A DNA stretch of 55,435 bases from a bacterium. GTDB lineage: Bacteria; Margulisbacteria; Marinamargulisbacteria; UBA817; JAQBTH01. The notes under the pieces were generated by a model, which saw only the letters and a list, made by a program, of their open reading frames with translations, had not been told where the DNA came from and made no database searches. Made by a program: the position numbers and the translations under genes. Positions 7,849-17,170 of the stretch are shown here, in pieces. The stretch spans positions 1 to 55,435 of the forward strand of contig JAQBTH010000003.1 in NCBI GenBank assembly GCA_027623425.1, read 5' to 3'. Position 1 is the first letter of the stretch; each line of letters begins with the position of its first letter.

Positions 7849-8418
7849 ATGTTAGATCGAGCCCACGATAGTCCCCTTTTGAATTATTACTATAATAACC
7901 AAAAGGAAAGTTTACTAAATGCAATTCTTGAAATTATGGAATCTGGCGGCGTTCCGCCACTGGATGATATGTTTCATATTTTGGCAGAAACCGAGGATGT
8001 GGAAATCCTGGGGCTTAGTCTTGAACTATTATATTTAAATCATGAGACGTTTCAAAAACAACTGTTTGCAAAGTTTAATGAGTCTGATTCAGATCGCCTT
8101 AAACTTTGGATACTTGTTGTGCTTTGCATTCAACCGAATGAAACCACCATGTACTTTATCGTTGAAATCTATATAAAGCATGAGGAATTTCGGCCTCATA
8201 TCGCCAAAACAGCTTTTAAACAAAAAATCAAAATGTTTATGGGCCTCACTCGGTACGTAGAGATTACCGATCTCTCGGAAGACGATGAACAAATCGTGTT
8301 GGATTTACTCGAAACCGTGCCTCGTTCTACGATTATGCGCATTGGCGGTGGGTTAGGAATGCTTAAAATAATGGATTATTACTATAAAGTCCCCCCTAAT
8401 AAACGTCGCCAAGATTAA
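7849..8418 (+). CDS. Hypothetical Leu-rich helical protein (HEAT/ARM-like pattern)
   Basis: 189-aa ORF filling the gap between two minus-strand operons; possible TTGATA-N18-TATAGT promoter at 7810-7839. Confidence 0.75.
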   Translation: MLDRAHDSPLLNYYYNNQKESLLNAILEIMESGGVPPLDDMFHILAETEDVEILGLSLELLYLNHETFQKQLFAKFNESDSDRLKLWILVVLCIQPNETTMYFIVEIYIKHEEFRPHIAKTAFKQKIKMFMGLTRYVEITDLSEDDEQIVLDLLETVPRSTIMRIGGGLGMLKIMDYYYKVPPNKRRQD

Positions 8419-8471
8419 AAGGTTAAATTTAACCCTCTAGGCATATTTGTGAACTTAAATAAACCGTCAGG

Positions 8472-10310
8472 TCATCTTTTCCAGTAGGGCAACCAAAGCA
8501 TTTCGATAAGGGCTTCATTGGACTCACACAGGGTTTGGGCTACCAATACAGGGTCGGTTTTTAGCAACGTCTTAAGTTTGGCTATTTTAGCGCGACTTTG
8601 TGCAATAAGCGGGCTATCAGGGAGGTCTTTGGCGCTTAGCAACTGCTCTTCATTGTGCAATAACACGTTTATCCACATCAAAAAGGGAAATACTTGTAAG
8701 GCGGCGTCACTCTCCAACACATCTTGCTGTTCATCGATCGAAAAGGTAACATAACTGTCTCTTTGACCCACCTCACCCCTCTCTACATATCCTTTTACTT
8801 CCTCTAGAATACGTTTCAACCTCTTTACACGTACTCCTAAGGCATCTAAATCAGAAATTGGCCGAAGAAAACTGGCGTTAAAGGTGGTTTTGGTCACGTA
8901 ACGGCCATAGGGCGCAGGTCGGCCTGAAGTCAGCTCATTCACTACGGCTTCGGACTGTTGAAGCACCGTAAATAACATGCACATATTCCCTTTTGCCTCA
9001 CCGGTTTCAATAAAATGATTGTATTCGGATACGTCTTCTTCATCGGCACCATCCGCTAACTGTTCTAAAAAGTCATATTGCAGTGAAAGGGCTGGTAATA
9101 ATTCCGCTTTTACCCACACCTCCAGGCCCTCTTTCCAATAGGTGGGCATGGCAAAACTCTTTGTTGCGTGCCTATTTTCAATGATCTGAGTCGGGTCAAA
9201 GGGCGTGTTTAAACGGTGCGTCACAATATGAGCGGCCATGTTATGAACCATGCGTGTATTCCATTTCCAAATTTGGTCCAAATACGGTGTGTTTGAGTCT
9301 AAAACGAGACTATTTGGCATTACCTCATTTACCCCATCTGCAAAGGCATGAGCCGCAGACTGGTCATTGCCATATTTAAGTAGCGCGTATGGAAATATAT
9401 AGTCTGGAAAATCCAAGTTACAATGGGGGGTTGTGCATGGCGTCAGTTCTTCTAAATCCGACAGTACCAACTGATTTTCAGGCAACACTACCATGTTATT
9501 CCAACTGGCATTTCGATGCAACGATGGGGGCGATAAAACCAAGAAATTGGCCACGCATTTTCCTGCTTGGTGTAAATAGTGTGTAAAGGTGGGCTTATAG
9601 GACGAATCAAACGCCGGATTATCCGTAAATGAATAGCGAATGGAACCCGGGCTAAGTCGCAACAATTCGCCCAAATCAAATTTAAAATCAGGCCCAACCA
9701 AGGCCATTGGCACCGCGCCACAGGGCAACAATTGTTGTTTTTTTTCGTCATCATCTAATTTATCGTGAAGTTGGCATAAGTGATTATGTTCCGCCTCAAT
9801 GCCTTCCCAATCGCTGCCACCTGTAATGCGTAAATGGGCTTTAAGATAGGCCCCTGCCTGGTTTCTTAAATGAAACGATGGAAAGCCACCGGTTGGTGCG
9901 CCAGCCCCTTTTAACTCAACGACAAATTCCGCGTCGGCTAGTCTTGCGATTAGTGGTTCGTAGTTGGAGTCTGGTGTGGCTCGGTGTAAAACGACGCCCG
10001 ATCGCGACATTTCTGGCGAGTCTTCTGGGGCCACCATCAGCAGAGCCCAAAGCGACTGTGTGGCCGCAGGATCAGTGGCGAGTACCTGATTGTTTTGCAT
10101 CAGCTCAGTTAGTTGTGGTGGTAATTCAGTGGCGATAGTGGCACGTTGCCACGGTTGATCACTATCTTGCACGCTTAAGGGTACAATGTGGGTCACCATT
10201 TGCGTGTCTAAATTGATATCGCGAAACGACGGCGAATCTGAATACACCGGTGTTATTTTGTGTGCCTTATTCCGGCTAAATCCAAGTAAGTATGGGGTCA
10301 ATTTGGCCAC
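8472..10310 (-). CDS. SelO/YdiU-like atypical kinase-fold protein, paralog 2
   Basis: Motifs VELKGAG, LLRLSPGSIRYSF, HRNASWNNM, LSDLEE in SelO order; overlaps the upstream paralog by 13 nt. Confidence 0.65.
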   Translation of the reverse strand: MAKLTPYLLGFSRNKAHKITPVYSDSPSFRDINLDTQMVTHIVPLSVQDSDQPWQRATIATELPPQLTELMQNNQVLATDPAATQSLWALLMVAPEDSPEMSRSGVVLHRATPDSNYEPLIARLADAEFVVELKGAGAPTGGFPSFHLRNQAGAYLKAHLRITGGSDWEGIEAEHNHLCQLHDKLDDDEKKQQLLPCGAVPMALVGPDFKFDLGELLRLSPGSIRYSFTDNPAFDSSYKPTFTHYLHQAGKCVANFLVLSPPSLHRNASWNNMVVLPENQLVLSDLEELTPCTTPHCNLDFPDYIFPYALLKYGNDQSAAHAFADGVNEVMPNSLVLDSNTPYLDQIWKWNTRMVHNMAAHIVTHRLNTPFDPTQIIENRHATKSFAMPTYWKEGLEVWVKAELLPALSLQYDFLEQLADGADEEDVSEYNHFIETGEAKGNMCMLFTVLQQSEAVVNELTSGRPAPYGRYVTKTTFNASFLRPISDLDALGVRVKRLKRILEEVKGYVERGEVGQRDSYVTFSIDEQQDVLESDAALQVFPFLMWINVLLHNEEQLLSAKDLPDSPLIAQSRAKIAKLKTLLKTDPVLVAQTLCESNEALIEMLWLPYWKR

Positions 10311-12082
10311 CTTTGGTAGGGTAATGCGATCAGATCATGAACGGCCTTGTTGCCTAGCGCGAACGCCGCTTTGATGGTTTCGGGATCCGTTTTGAGTTGC
10401 TCATAGAGGGTTTGGCACTTTGTCAGCGAGTCGCTTAGCACTTTGCGTGTTGCCGCGTCCCACTCATTCGATTTTAAGGCGCCCTCTAAAAACCGTGTTT
10501 CGGTGTTGCAATACACTGACAGCACACCAAGAAACGGATAGGCGATAAGGCCAAAATCAAAGAATTTAATATTAATGCGTAAGCGTTGATGTTCGGTTAA
10601 GTAGTGGGTATCAATGGGAATTTTTCCTGTTGCTACGGCGGCCTTCATTTCCTCTATCCATCTCGCGGCCATTTGCTCGCGCTCATACACCTCATAAGAG
10701 AATTTAAACTCGCCTAAAAGTAAATTCTCAATTTTTTGAGCGGTGATATACGCGCCAAACTCACTGGCCTGATCGCTTGCAGGTTTATGGGTGTCTACCA
10801 CCTCATTTTGGTGCTGCAGAGTTGCGTTTTTGGCGATTAATTCTTGCAATACTTTGCGTTGCTTTTCCATACTTGGAATACCGTGGCGCTCTACCCATTC
10901 GAGTGTGGGCATAGAAAAATAATCCGAGTGGGCAAAATAATGAATTGCCGTTACATTTTCATCAATAAAATCCGTATTCATGGTCATATTTAGCCGGGTT
11001 TTAATCACATTTGGCGCAACTTTTTCCATCATATAGGCATTATATAGGCACAAATCGGTTGTGGGCGCATCTTGAGCCCATTTCGATGCGCACCCCACAC
11101 CTGCTTTTAAGCCGCTTATAAACTGGGGCGTCCACATATGCCGAAACGGGTGGGTATGCAAGTACGGTGGGTACAAACATTCCATCAAGTCCAAATTACA
11201 ATGACCGGTGGCCAAGGTGGTTAGCTCTTCAAAATCCGTTAATACGTAGCGATTCTCACTCACATACACCATATTATTCCAGCTATTATTTCGGTGTTGC
11301 GCGGGCGATGGCAATGAAAAGTACTTACTGCTTTCTTTGCCTGCATCAATCATAAATTGAGACTGACTTCCGCCTAAGTGCTGCGTCATTGCCGGGTTGT
11401 TATAGAAACTAAATCGCAGTGTGGATGGCGCTAAACGTAGCAGCAGCGCCATGTCGATGCGTTGGTTTTGTGTATGAATTGCGAATGGCATTAATCCAAG
11501 CGCTCGCATGTCTTCCCCATCGGGTATCTGGTCTTCGATCGCCTTCATATTGCATAGGTTTAAAAATTCCCGTTCTGCTCCAGCCAGCCCCATTCCACCC
11601 GTCACACGTAAATGGGAATTATTGGTACCTGCCTGGTTTCGAAAATGAGTGTGTGGAAATCCTCCCACTGGGCTTCCGACTCCTTTGGCTTCGATCACAT
11701 ACTCGTAGCCACTTACTTTGAGCGTCATTGGTTCGAAGCCGGTATCTGTCTTTCTCATCAATGCTCCCATACGGGCCATGGCCACTTGGAAACGGTCGAC
11801 GGTGTCGGCTTTTGGCATATACATTAGCGCGTAATACGGTGATTTTTCTTCGGTCGTGGTGCAAAAGAATTGGTTTTTCGCGATTATCGTCTTTAGATCG
11901 TCAGGCAAATAGTCCTTATCATCGGTTAAGTACCATTGATTGGCGCTTTGCACGATTTCTAGTGGAATTAGCGTCGCTGAATACCATTCTCGCTTGATGC
12001 CCATATCTTGAAAATGAGGCGAGTCGCCCAATAATGGAACTATTTTTCCGTTTTCCCGATATAAGCCAATAATATGTTTCAC
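10298..12082 (-). CDS. SelO/YdiU-like atypical kinase-fold protein, paralog 1
   Basis: Motifs IEAKGVG, AEREF, LLRLAPSTLRFSF, HRNNSWNNM, LTDFEE; GTGA overlap with the GT4 stop. Confidence 0.65.
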   Translation of the reverse strand: MKHIIGLYRENGKIVPLLGDSPHFQDMGIKREWYSATLIPLEIVQSANQWYLTDDKDYLPDDLKTIIAKNQFFCTTTEEKSPYYALMYMPKADTVDRFQVAMARMGALMRKTDTGFEPMTLKVSGYEYVIEAKGVGSPVGGFPHTHFRNQAGTNNSHLRVTGGMGLAGAEREFLNLCNMKAIEDQIPDGEDMRALGLMPFAIHTQNQRIDMALLLRLAPSTLRFSFYNNPAMTQHLGGSQSQFMIDAGKESSKYFSLPSPAQHRNNSWNNMVYVSENRYVLTDFEELTTLATGHCNLDLMECLYPPYLHTHPFRHMWTPQFISGLKAGVGCASKWAQDAPTTDLCLYNAYMMEKVAPNVIKTRLNMTMNTDFIDENVTAIHYFAHSDYFSMPTLEWVERHGIPSMEKQRKVLQELIAKNATLQHQNEVVDTHKPASDQASEFGAYITAQKIENLLLGEFKFSYEVYEREQMAARWIEEMKAAVATGKIPIDTHYLTEHQRLRINIKFFDFGLIAYPFLGVLSVYCNTETRFLEGALKSNEWDAATRKVLSDSLTKCQTLYEQLKTDPETIKAAFALGNKAVHDLIALPYQRWPN

Positions 12083-13146
12083 CGTGCTGCAATTTCCTTT
12101 AATTTCTCTTCAAATTTATCTACTTCTGTTTCAATTGTAATGGCCTTTGCTACTCGATCGCAATTTTTAGCCAATCGATTGTAGGTGTCCGCATCATCCA
12201 GCGACTCAATTGCGGCCTGCCAATTTTCCAACACAGTAAACTCATTAAGTGCAATGGCACTGTCGTTTATGGCTTCTTTTACGCCACACACATTACTCAC
12301 TATAGCAGGCACATTGTTGTATGCGGCTTCAAACAACACTCTAGGCAAACTGTCTTTTACTAAAGATGGCACGATTACAATCCTGCTTTTTGCGTAAATC
12401 GGCCTCATATCTGTGGTGTTTGGCACGTACAACACATTTGGGTATTTATAGAAATGAAAATCATGATATCGCGGGTCTACCCACCCCTGCACCACCTGGA
12501 ACTGCCGATCGGGCATGCGTTGAATCAGCCACTCTAACACTTCGGCGCCTTTGGCCGGCATTGGGTTTATCATGGTGATGTAGCTCGGTTGTCTGTCTGC
12601 CGCGTTAGACACACAAAACTCGGGCTCCGGCGCCGAATAGACCACAGTCGCCTCTTTCCCCCACCGCACCCGCGTCTGCTCTTTCATGTACTCGCATACG
12701 CTGAAGAGCGCTTTAAACTCGTCCTTCACGCCATCTAACATGGTATACACGTTCTCACTTCGAATAAAACACACATAGTTTTGCGACTTGTCTTTAAAGA
12801 ACTGGGTCACATCGGTGTCAAAATACGGGTTATGCATCATCACAATATCTGGCTTAAATTCCGCTAATAAACGCTCGTATTTTGGAAAATAATCCGCCTC
12901 TTTTACCACCCGAAGCCGCACGCCATCCCACTCATAATGCAACTCTTCATCTTCTATGCGCCCGTGAAGGCCTGTTCCAGCAAGCTCTTTGAGCAAGCGG
13001 TCAAAGTCAAACGGGCCTGTTGTAAATAGGGTTTCTATTTGGTGCCCGCGTTGTTGCAGGTGCTTTACGAGCACTTGGTTACTTAAATCCGCCCCACTTG
13101 GATACAGCGGAAATGGTTTTCTGTAATTTGCGAGTACGATTTTCAA
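12079..13146 (-). CDS. Glycosyltransferase family 4 (GT-B)
   Basis: N-terminal KIVLAN...SGA..S...L...L..RGH; KG motif; PS..D.LPRV.FEA....P.I.S...G..E. Start reassigned to TTG 13146 (SD AGGAG, TTGA overlap). Confidence 0.88.
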   Translation of the reverse strand: MKIVLANYRKPFPLYPSGADLSNQVLVKHLQQRGHQIETLFTTGPFDFDRLLKELAGTGLHGRIEDEELHYEWDGVRLRVVKEADYFPKYERLLAEFKPDIVMMHNPYFDTDVTQFFKDKSQNYVCFIRSENVYTMLDGVKDEFKALFSVCEYMKEQTRVRWGKEATVVYSAPEPEFCVSNAADRQPSYITMINPMPAKGAEVLEWLIQRMPDRQFQVVQGWVDPRYHDFHFYKYPNVLYVPNTTDMRPIYAKSRIVIVPSLVKDSLPRVLFEAAYNNVPAIVSNVCGVKEAINDSAIALNEFTVLENWQAAIESLDDADTYNRLAKNCDRVAKAITIETEVDKFEEKLKEIAAR

Positions 13147-14282
13147 TTTGAATCTCCTGTATTTGGGCGTTTGCTTTTGGCATGTCTCAAACAAAAGTCG
13201 TGTAGAGAAGCCGCACGTTGGAAGCGCGGGTACGCCTGCAAAACAGGCTCTATTTCGGGACAAACGCGAGCGGACTCTCTTGTTAGTATGTGACTGTGAG
13301 CGAGAAAAAACAACCGTAGAGTGTGACATGGCAGTAGCGATACGGCCACATCAAATTCAGGCGTCACAATAAGCGGCATGGCATTATCAAGCACCGTAAT
13401 TAACAATTCAGAAACTAAAATCTTATCGGGCATCTGAGCATCCATATACTGGGACGTCAGTGTGGGAATCTGTCCGTTTAAAGCCTCTTTTAATACCTCG
13501 GTGTAGTGGGCCAAAGCTGCGGCACTTTTATCTAACCTTAATCGCTCCCATGCCGCGTCTCTTTTGGTATGAAATGGGCGTGTTTGGTGTGGCGCGTCAT
13601 GGTGTTGGATCAATCGGGTTACCTGCGTTAAATGACTATAGTCCGTGTTTAGCGGCACGGCCTTGCTCTTTAACATGTGAATGGTAAAACTGGTGCGATC
13701 TAAACTGCTCTGGCGAATCAATCGCGGCGCCAGTTCCCCACAATACTGTGCGATTTCAGACTCATTGGCGTAGTACCGGCTATTATCCAACTGGTAAAAT
13801 TCGTTTTCCTCTAACAGTTGGTCCGACAACATGTTAAAGATCACGCCCAAGCGCGCCACTTGATAGGCCTTTGCAATCATCTGGCGCACATGGGCCTCAT
13901 GATCCTGTTCAATGATGGTCATCACACCACTCATAACCACCCAATCTGGCGCTATTTTGGGCGTATACTCTAGTAAATCTTGTATATGAAAGTGGTGGTG
14001 AGGAAATTGAGCCTCAGCTTGTTTTACGGCGAATTCAGACACGTCTATGCCGTCATAATGTAGGGGAGCTGTACCACGCACATGGCGCAAGTAAGCGAGT
14101 AATTCGCCGGTGCCGGCACCGCAGTCTAATACCGATAGATTGTGGCAGGAAATTGGCCCTGTGATCTGTTCGAAGTTTGTGGCGAGAATGGCGTAGTGCG
14201 ACCAATCGTTTGTACGAAGGAGCGTCGGGGAACCGGACTGTGCGGTGGCCTCGTAATGGGCTTTATTTCTTGTGCTTTTCAT
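13143..14282 (-). CDS. Class I SAM-dependent methyltransferase with C-terminal extension
   Basis: VLDCGAGTG motif I, YDGIDVS, DWVVMSG; start reassigned to ATG 14282 (ATGA overlap). Confidence 0.85.
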   Translation of the reverse strand: MKSTRNKAHYEATAQSGSPTLLRTNDWSHYAILATNFEQITGPISCHNLSVLDCGAGTGELLAYLRHVRGTAPLHYDGIDVSEFAVKQAEAQFPHHHFHIQDLLEYTPKIAPDWVVMSGVMTIIEQDHEAHVRQMIAKAYQVARLGVIFNMLSDQLLEENEFYQLDNSRYYANESEIAQYCGELAPRLIRQSSLDRTSFTIHMLKSKAVPLNTDYSHLTQVTRLIQHHDAPHQTRPFHTKRDAAWERLRLDKSAAALAHYTEVLKEALNGQIPTLTSQYMDAQMPDKILVSELLITVLDNAMPLIVTPEFDVAVSLLPCHTLRLFFLAHSHILTRESARVCPEIEPVLQAYPRFQRAASLHDFCLRHAKSKRPNTGDSN

Positions 14283-15613
14283 CGGGCAGCAATCCGCAGA
14301 GCTAAACGACCAAATCGGCATGTGGTATCTGTTTCATCATAGGGAATACGACGTGTCACATCGGCATCGTATTCCACGTACTGACTTATCATGCATGTTC
14401 GCCCCGTTTGTTGAATTAATTCAATCACGTCATCTTTAGAAATCGGCATTAAATATTGGGCAACATCCTGGTATTCCATGCATAATAACCCATAAAATTC
14501 AGGAAAGGCCATGGTGTTTGTGACCAGCACAATCTCGTTGTTATGTTGGATACATAAGTCTTGAATAACGCCCTGCCAATTGTCCTGTTTTGCACACTCA
14601 TCGATGCTCCATAGTGGCGTTTCTTTATTTTGAATATCTAAAACAGACGCGGCCCATTCTTTCTCGGCGATCTGCTGCTGGGTATTGATCTGCATCATCC
14701 CTTCTCGGTATAACCGTATCTTTTCAAGTATCCGCTTTGTTTCTACTGCATCGACTAAATTAAGGCTCTTGATACACGCGCTTTCGGCCTCATCCCACGC
14801 AGCGATTTTCATGTATTGCTGGGCTAATAAATACTGTCCCATGGCCTCTTTCACATTGGGTGATTTATCACGAATGGTAGGGAATAAGTCCTCTAAACTG
14901 TATTGCTTTAAAATGCGGGCATACACATGTTTTAAGTAGGGCCATTCAAATGCCATTTCTTTATAGGTCTTTGGCCTTTGGCGGTACTGATAAATAATCT
15001 CATCTACCCGCACCGTCTCAATTTTGCCTGCGATTCTGGCAAAATGCTCATGATCCTGCGAGCGTTCAAGTATGACATCTAATTTTCCCCATCGGTCATA
15101 GACGGATTTCTGAATTAAAACGCCGCCCATATAAAACGGACATCCCACCAAAATAGTTGCCATAAAAGCATCCGGGTCACGGTAATATTGATCGGGTTTG
15201 AACTCCCCTATGGCTGTTTTTCCGTCTGCCGTCACGTACCGGGTAATGCCATATACCAGCTGTGCGTCTTGCACCTCGATTACCTTGGACAGTAGATGGG
15301 TCAATCCATCCGGAGTTAAACGGTCGTCACCCCCCACCCAACACACCCATTCACTACACACTGCATCCAAGGCCGCGTTCATTGTTTGAGGTCGCCCCAG
15401 ATGCCCTAATTGCAGCACTCTGTCTGCATGGGATTTACTTACCAGCACCGTTCCATCATTAGACCCGTCATCAGCCACTATAATTTCGATGTCTTGCCTG
15501 GCTATCACTCCAGATGAAACGGCATGTTCAACTGCAACCTGGCAACTTGTAAGACACTCTTCTATGTGGTCTTCAACGTTATATGCTGGAATTAAAATGG
15601 ATACGGTAGTCAT
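14279..15613 (-). CDS. Glycosyltransferase family 2 with TPR-like segment
   Basis: VSILIPAYN, ADDGSNDGT, WVGGDD, SQDHE; TPR-like helix pair QYLLAQQYMKIAAWDEAESACIKSLNL. Confidence 0.88.
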   Translation of the reverse strand: MTTVSILIPAYNVEDHIEECLTSCQVAVEHAVSSGVIARQDIEIIVADDGSNDGTVLVSKSHADRVLQLGHLGRPQTMNAALDAVCSEWVCWVGGDDRLTPDGLTHLLSKVIEVQDAQLVYGITRYVTADGKTAIGEFKPDQYYRDPDAFMATILVGCPFYMGGVLIQKSVYDRWGKLDVILERSQDHEHFARIAGKIETVRVDEIIYQYRQRPKTYKEMAFEWPYLKHVYARILKQYSLEDLFPTIRDKSPNVKEAMGQYLLAQQYMKIAAWDEAESACIKSLNLVDAVETKRILEKIRLYREGMMQINTQQQIAEKEWAASVLDIQNKETPLWSIDECAKQDNWQGVIQDLCIQHNNEIVLVTNTMAFPEFYGLLCMEYQDVAQYLMPISKDDVIELIQQTGRTCMISQYVEYDADVTRRIPYDETDTTCRFGRLALRIAAR

Positions 15614-17142
15614 TAACTAAAATTATCGGTAATAAACTGCTGCGTCGTATAAAGATGGTGCGTTAATTCATGGGTCTCAAATAATCGGTATAAAAAAGAA
15701 TCGGGATGCACCACCACTTTTGGTAAGGCTTGCCCGCATTTATTGTATTGTTTTAAGCTTGAGCCAAATAGGTGAAATAGAACACTGGAATTGGACGTGT
15801 TCTCATAAAATGCAACATCCTTTGGCCCCATTTGGCGGGTGTAACTAAAGCGCATATCGCAAGTAACTGGACATATGTGCTCATAGGGCACGATTTTAAC
15901 ATCATGCGCGCTAAAGTCAGAGTGATGAAAGACCTTGGTGACCAAATCCGGTCCAATGCAGCCCCAATCTTTCGGATTATAGTGCAATGGCATTTGATTC
16001 AGAATCTCGTGGATGAATGGATGTTGAGCCTGAAATGCCAAAACACCGTTGCAAACCCCTTTTGGATCGCCTGACATGGTTTCATAAAAAAGGCTATTTT
16101 CTAATGCTTTTGGTACTTTTTTTGCCAAAAACACGTCAGTATCTAAGTAAATACCACCATATTTAAATAAAAGCGCGAATCGTAACACGTCAGTTTGATG
16201 GGAAAACCAAAACGGATGAGACTCGGCATCTGGTGATGCGGCAATCGTCCACGTTTCAAGCGGGGTGTTTTGTATAATATCCGACACTTTGTACGGCACG
16301 ATGGTGACATGAGTTGATGCCTCGCCTAAATGGGAGGCGTTTAAACCGTTACTAAACAGATAAATCGGTTTGTCCGGGTACACCTTTGCTGCGCGTTCTA
16401 TGCACGCCAAGTAAATGGGATCTAAGGTCTGTGCCGTTGTGCTCCAAATCATGATTAAATGGTCGTCCACACTTGTGGCTTTAGATAAAGGGTAACTTAG
16501 ATCGTGTTCTGGTTCCGGTGCGAGTTGCGGTGGGGTGCTGTTTGTTTCAGGATGTATTAATCCTGAACTTAGCGTCGCGATGCAGCGTTGCAGTGCTTTA
16601 AAAGTGCTTGGATTGATTGGGTTTGAAATCGCGTCGTGTAACAGCATACGCGCGCGCGCCACATTTCCCTTGGTAAATTCGCAAATACCTTGCAAGTAGG
16701 GAATCGTCACTGAGAGCAGTTGTTGGTATTTTTCATTTGATTCTAAGCGTTGATACATGGGTAGAGCCTCTTCAAACCGCATTGTACGTTCATAGAAAGC
16801 CGCTAACTGAAATATGGCGTCATGGTTATCCGAATTGTCTTCAATGGCCTTGAAACAGCTTAATTCGATACGCTGCCCGTCTAGGAGTGTTTTTGTTTGT
16901 GACACTAAGGATTGTTCACTTGTGCCGTCGTCGGGTATGGCGTCTAAGATGCGTGAGGCATCAGCCATGCGACCATCGAGTAGCAAACACAGTGCTTGGG
17001 CCGCTTGCAATTCAGGGTCTAACTCTATCAGATGTGAATTGGCATCCAATAAGGCGCTTACATCTTTGAACTTCTGACCTTGTAATAGGGGTGCTAGAAC
17101 GGGCTTAAATAATTCAATAGTGTCGTACCGGTGCATAAGCAC
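15613..17142 (-). CDS. TPR-domain DXD glycosyltransferase (GT32, alpha-1,4-glycosyltransferase-like)
   Basis: TDVLRFALLFKYGGIYLDTDV, NGVLAFQAQHPFI and WGCIGPDLVT; N-terminal TPR-like repeats. Confidence 0.85.
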   Translation of the reverse strand: MLMHRYDTIELFKPVLAPLLQGQKFKDVSALLDANSHLIELDPELQAAQALCLLLDGRMADASRILDAIPDDGTSEQSLVSQTKTLLDGQRIELSCFKAIEDNSDNHDAIFQLAAFYERTMRFEEALPMYQRLESNEKYQQLLSVTIPYLQGICEFTKGNVARARMLLHDAISNPINPSTFKALQRCIATLSSGLIHPETNSTPPQLAPEPEHDLSYPLSKATSVDDHLIMIWSTTAQTLDPIYLACIERAAKVYPDKPIYLFSNGLNASHLGEASTHVTIVPYKVSDIIQNTPLETWTIAASPDAESHPFWFSHQTDVLRFALLFKYGGIYLDTDVFLAKKVPKALENSLFYETMSGDPKGVCNGVLAFQAQHPFIHEILNQMPLHYNPKDWGCIGPDLVTKVFHHSDFSAHDVKIVPYEHICPVTCDMRFSYTRQMGPKDVAFYENTSNSSVLFHLFGSSLKQYNKCGQALPKVVVHPDSFLYRLFETHELTHHLYTTQQFITDNFS

Positions 17143-17170
17143 CAGTATACCACCAGAATGTTGAAAGACC

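Noticed and set aside
8472-10300. Selenocysteine read-through at the TGA stops of the SelO-like genes
   Set aside because: No C-terminal CxxU-like context and no evident SECIS hairpin; both paralogs end shortly after the same LPY motif.
13147-13329. 61-aa N-terminal extension of GT4 as given in the ORF track
   Set aside because: It overlaps the methyltransferase; TTG 13146 has a strong SD, a stop-start overlap and the typical GT4 N-terminus.
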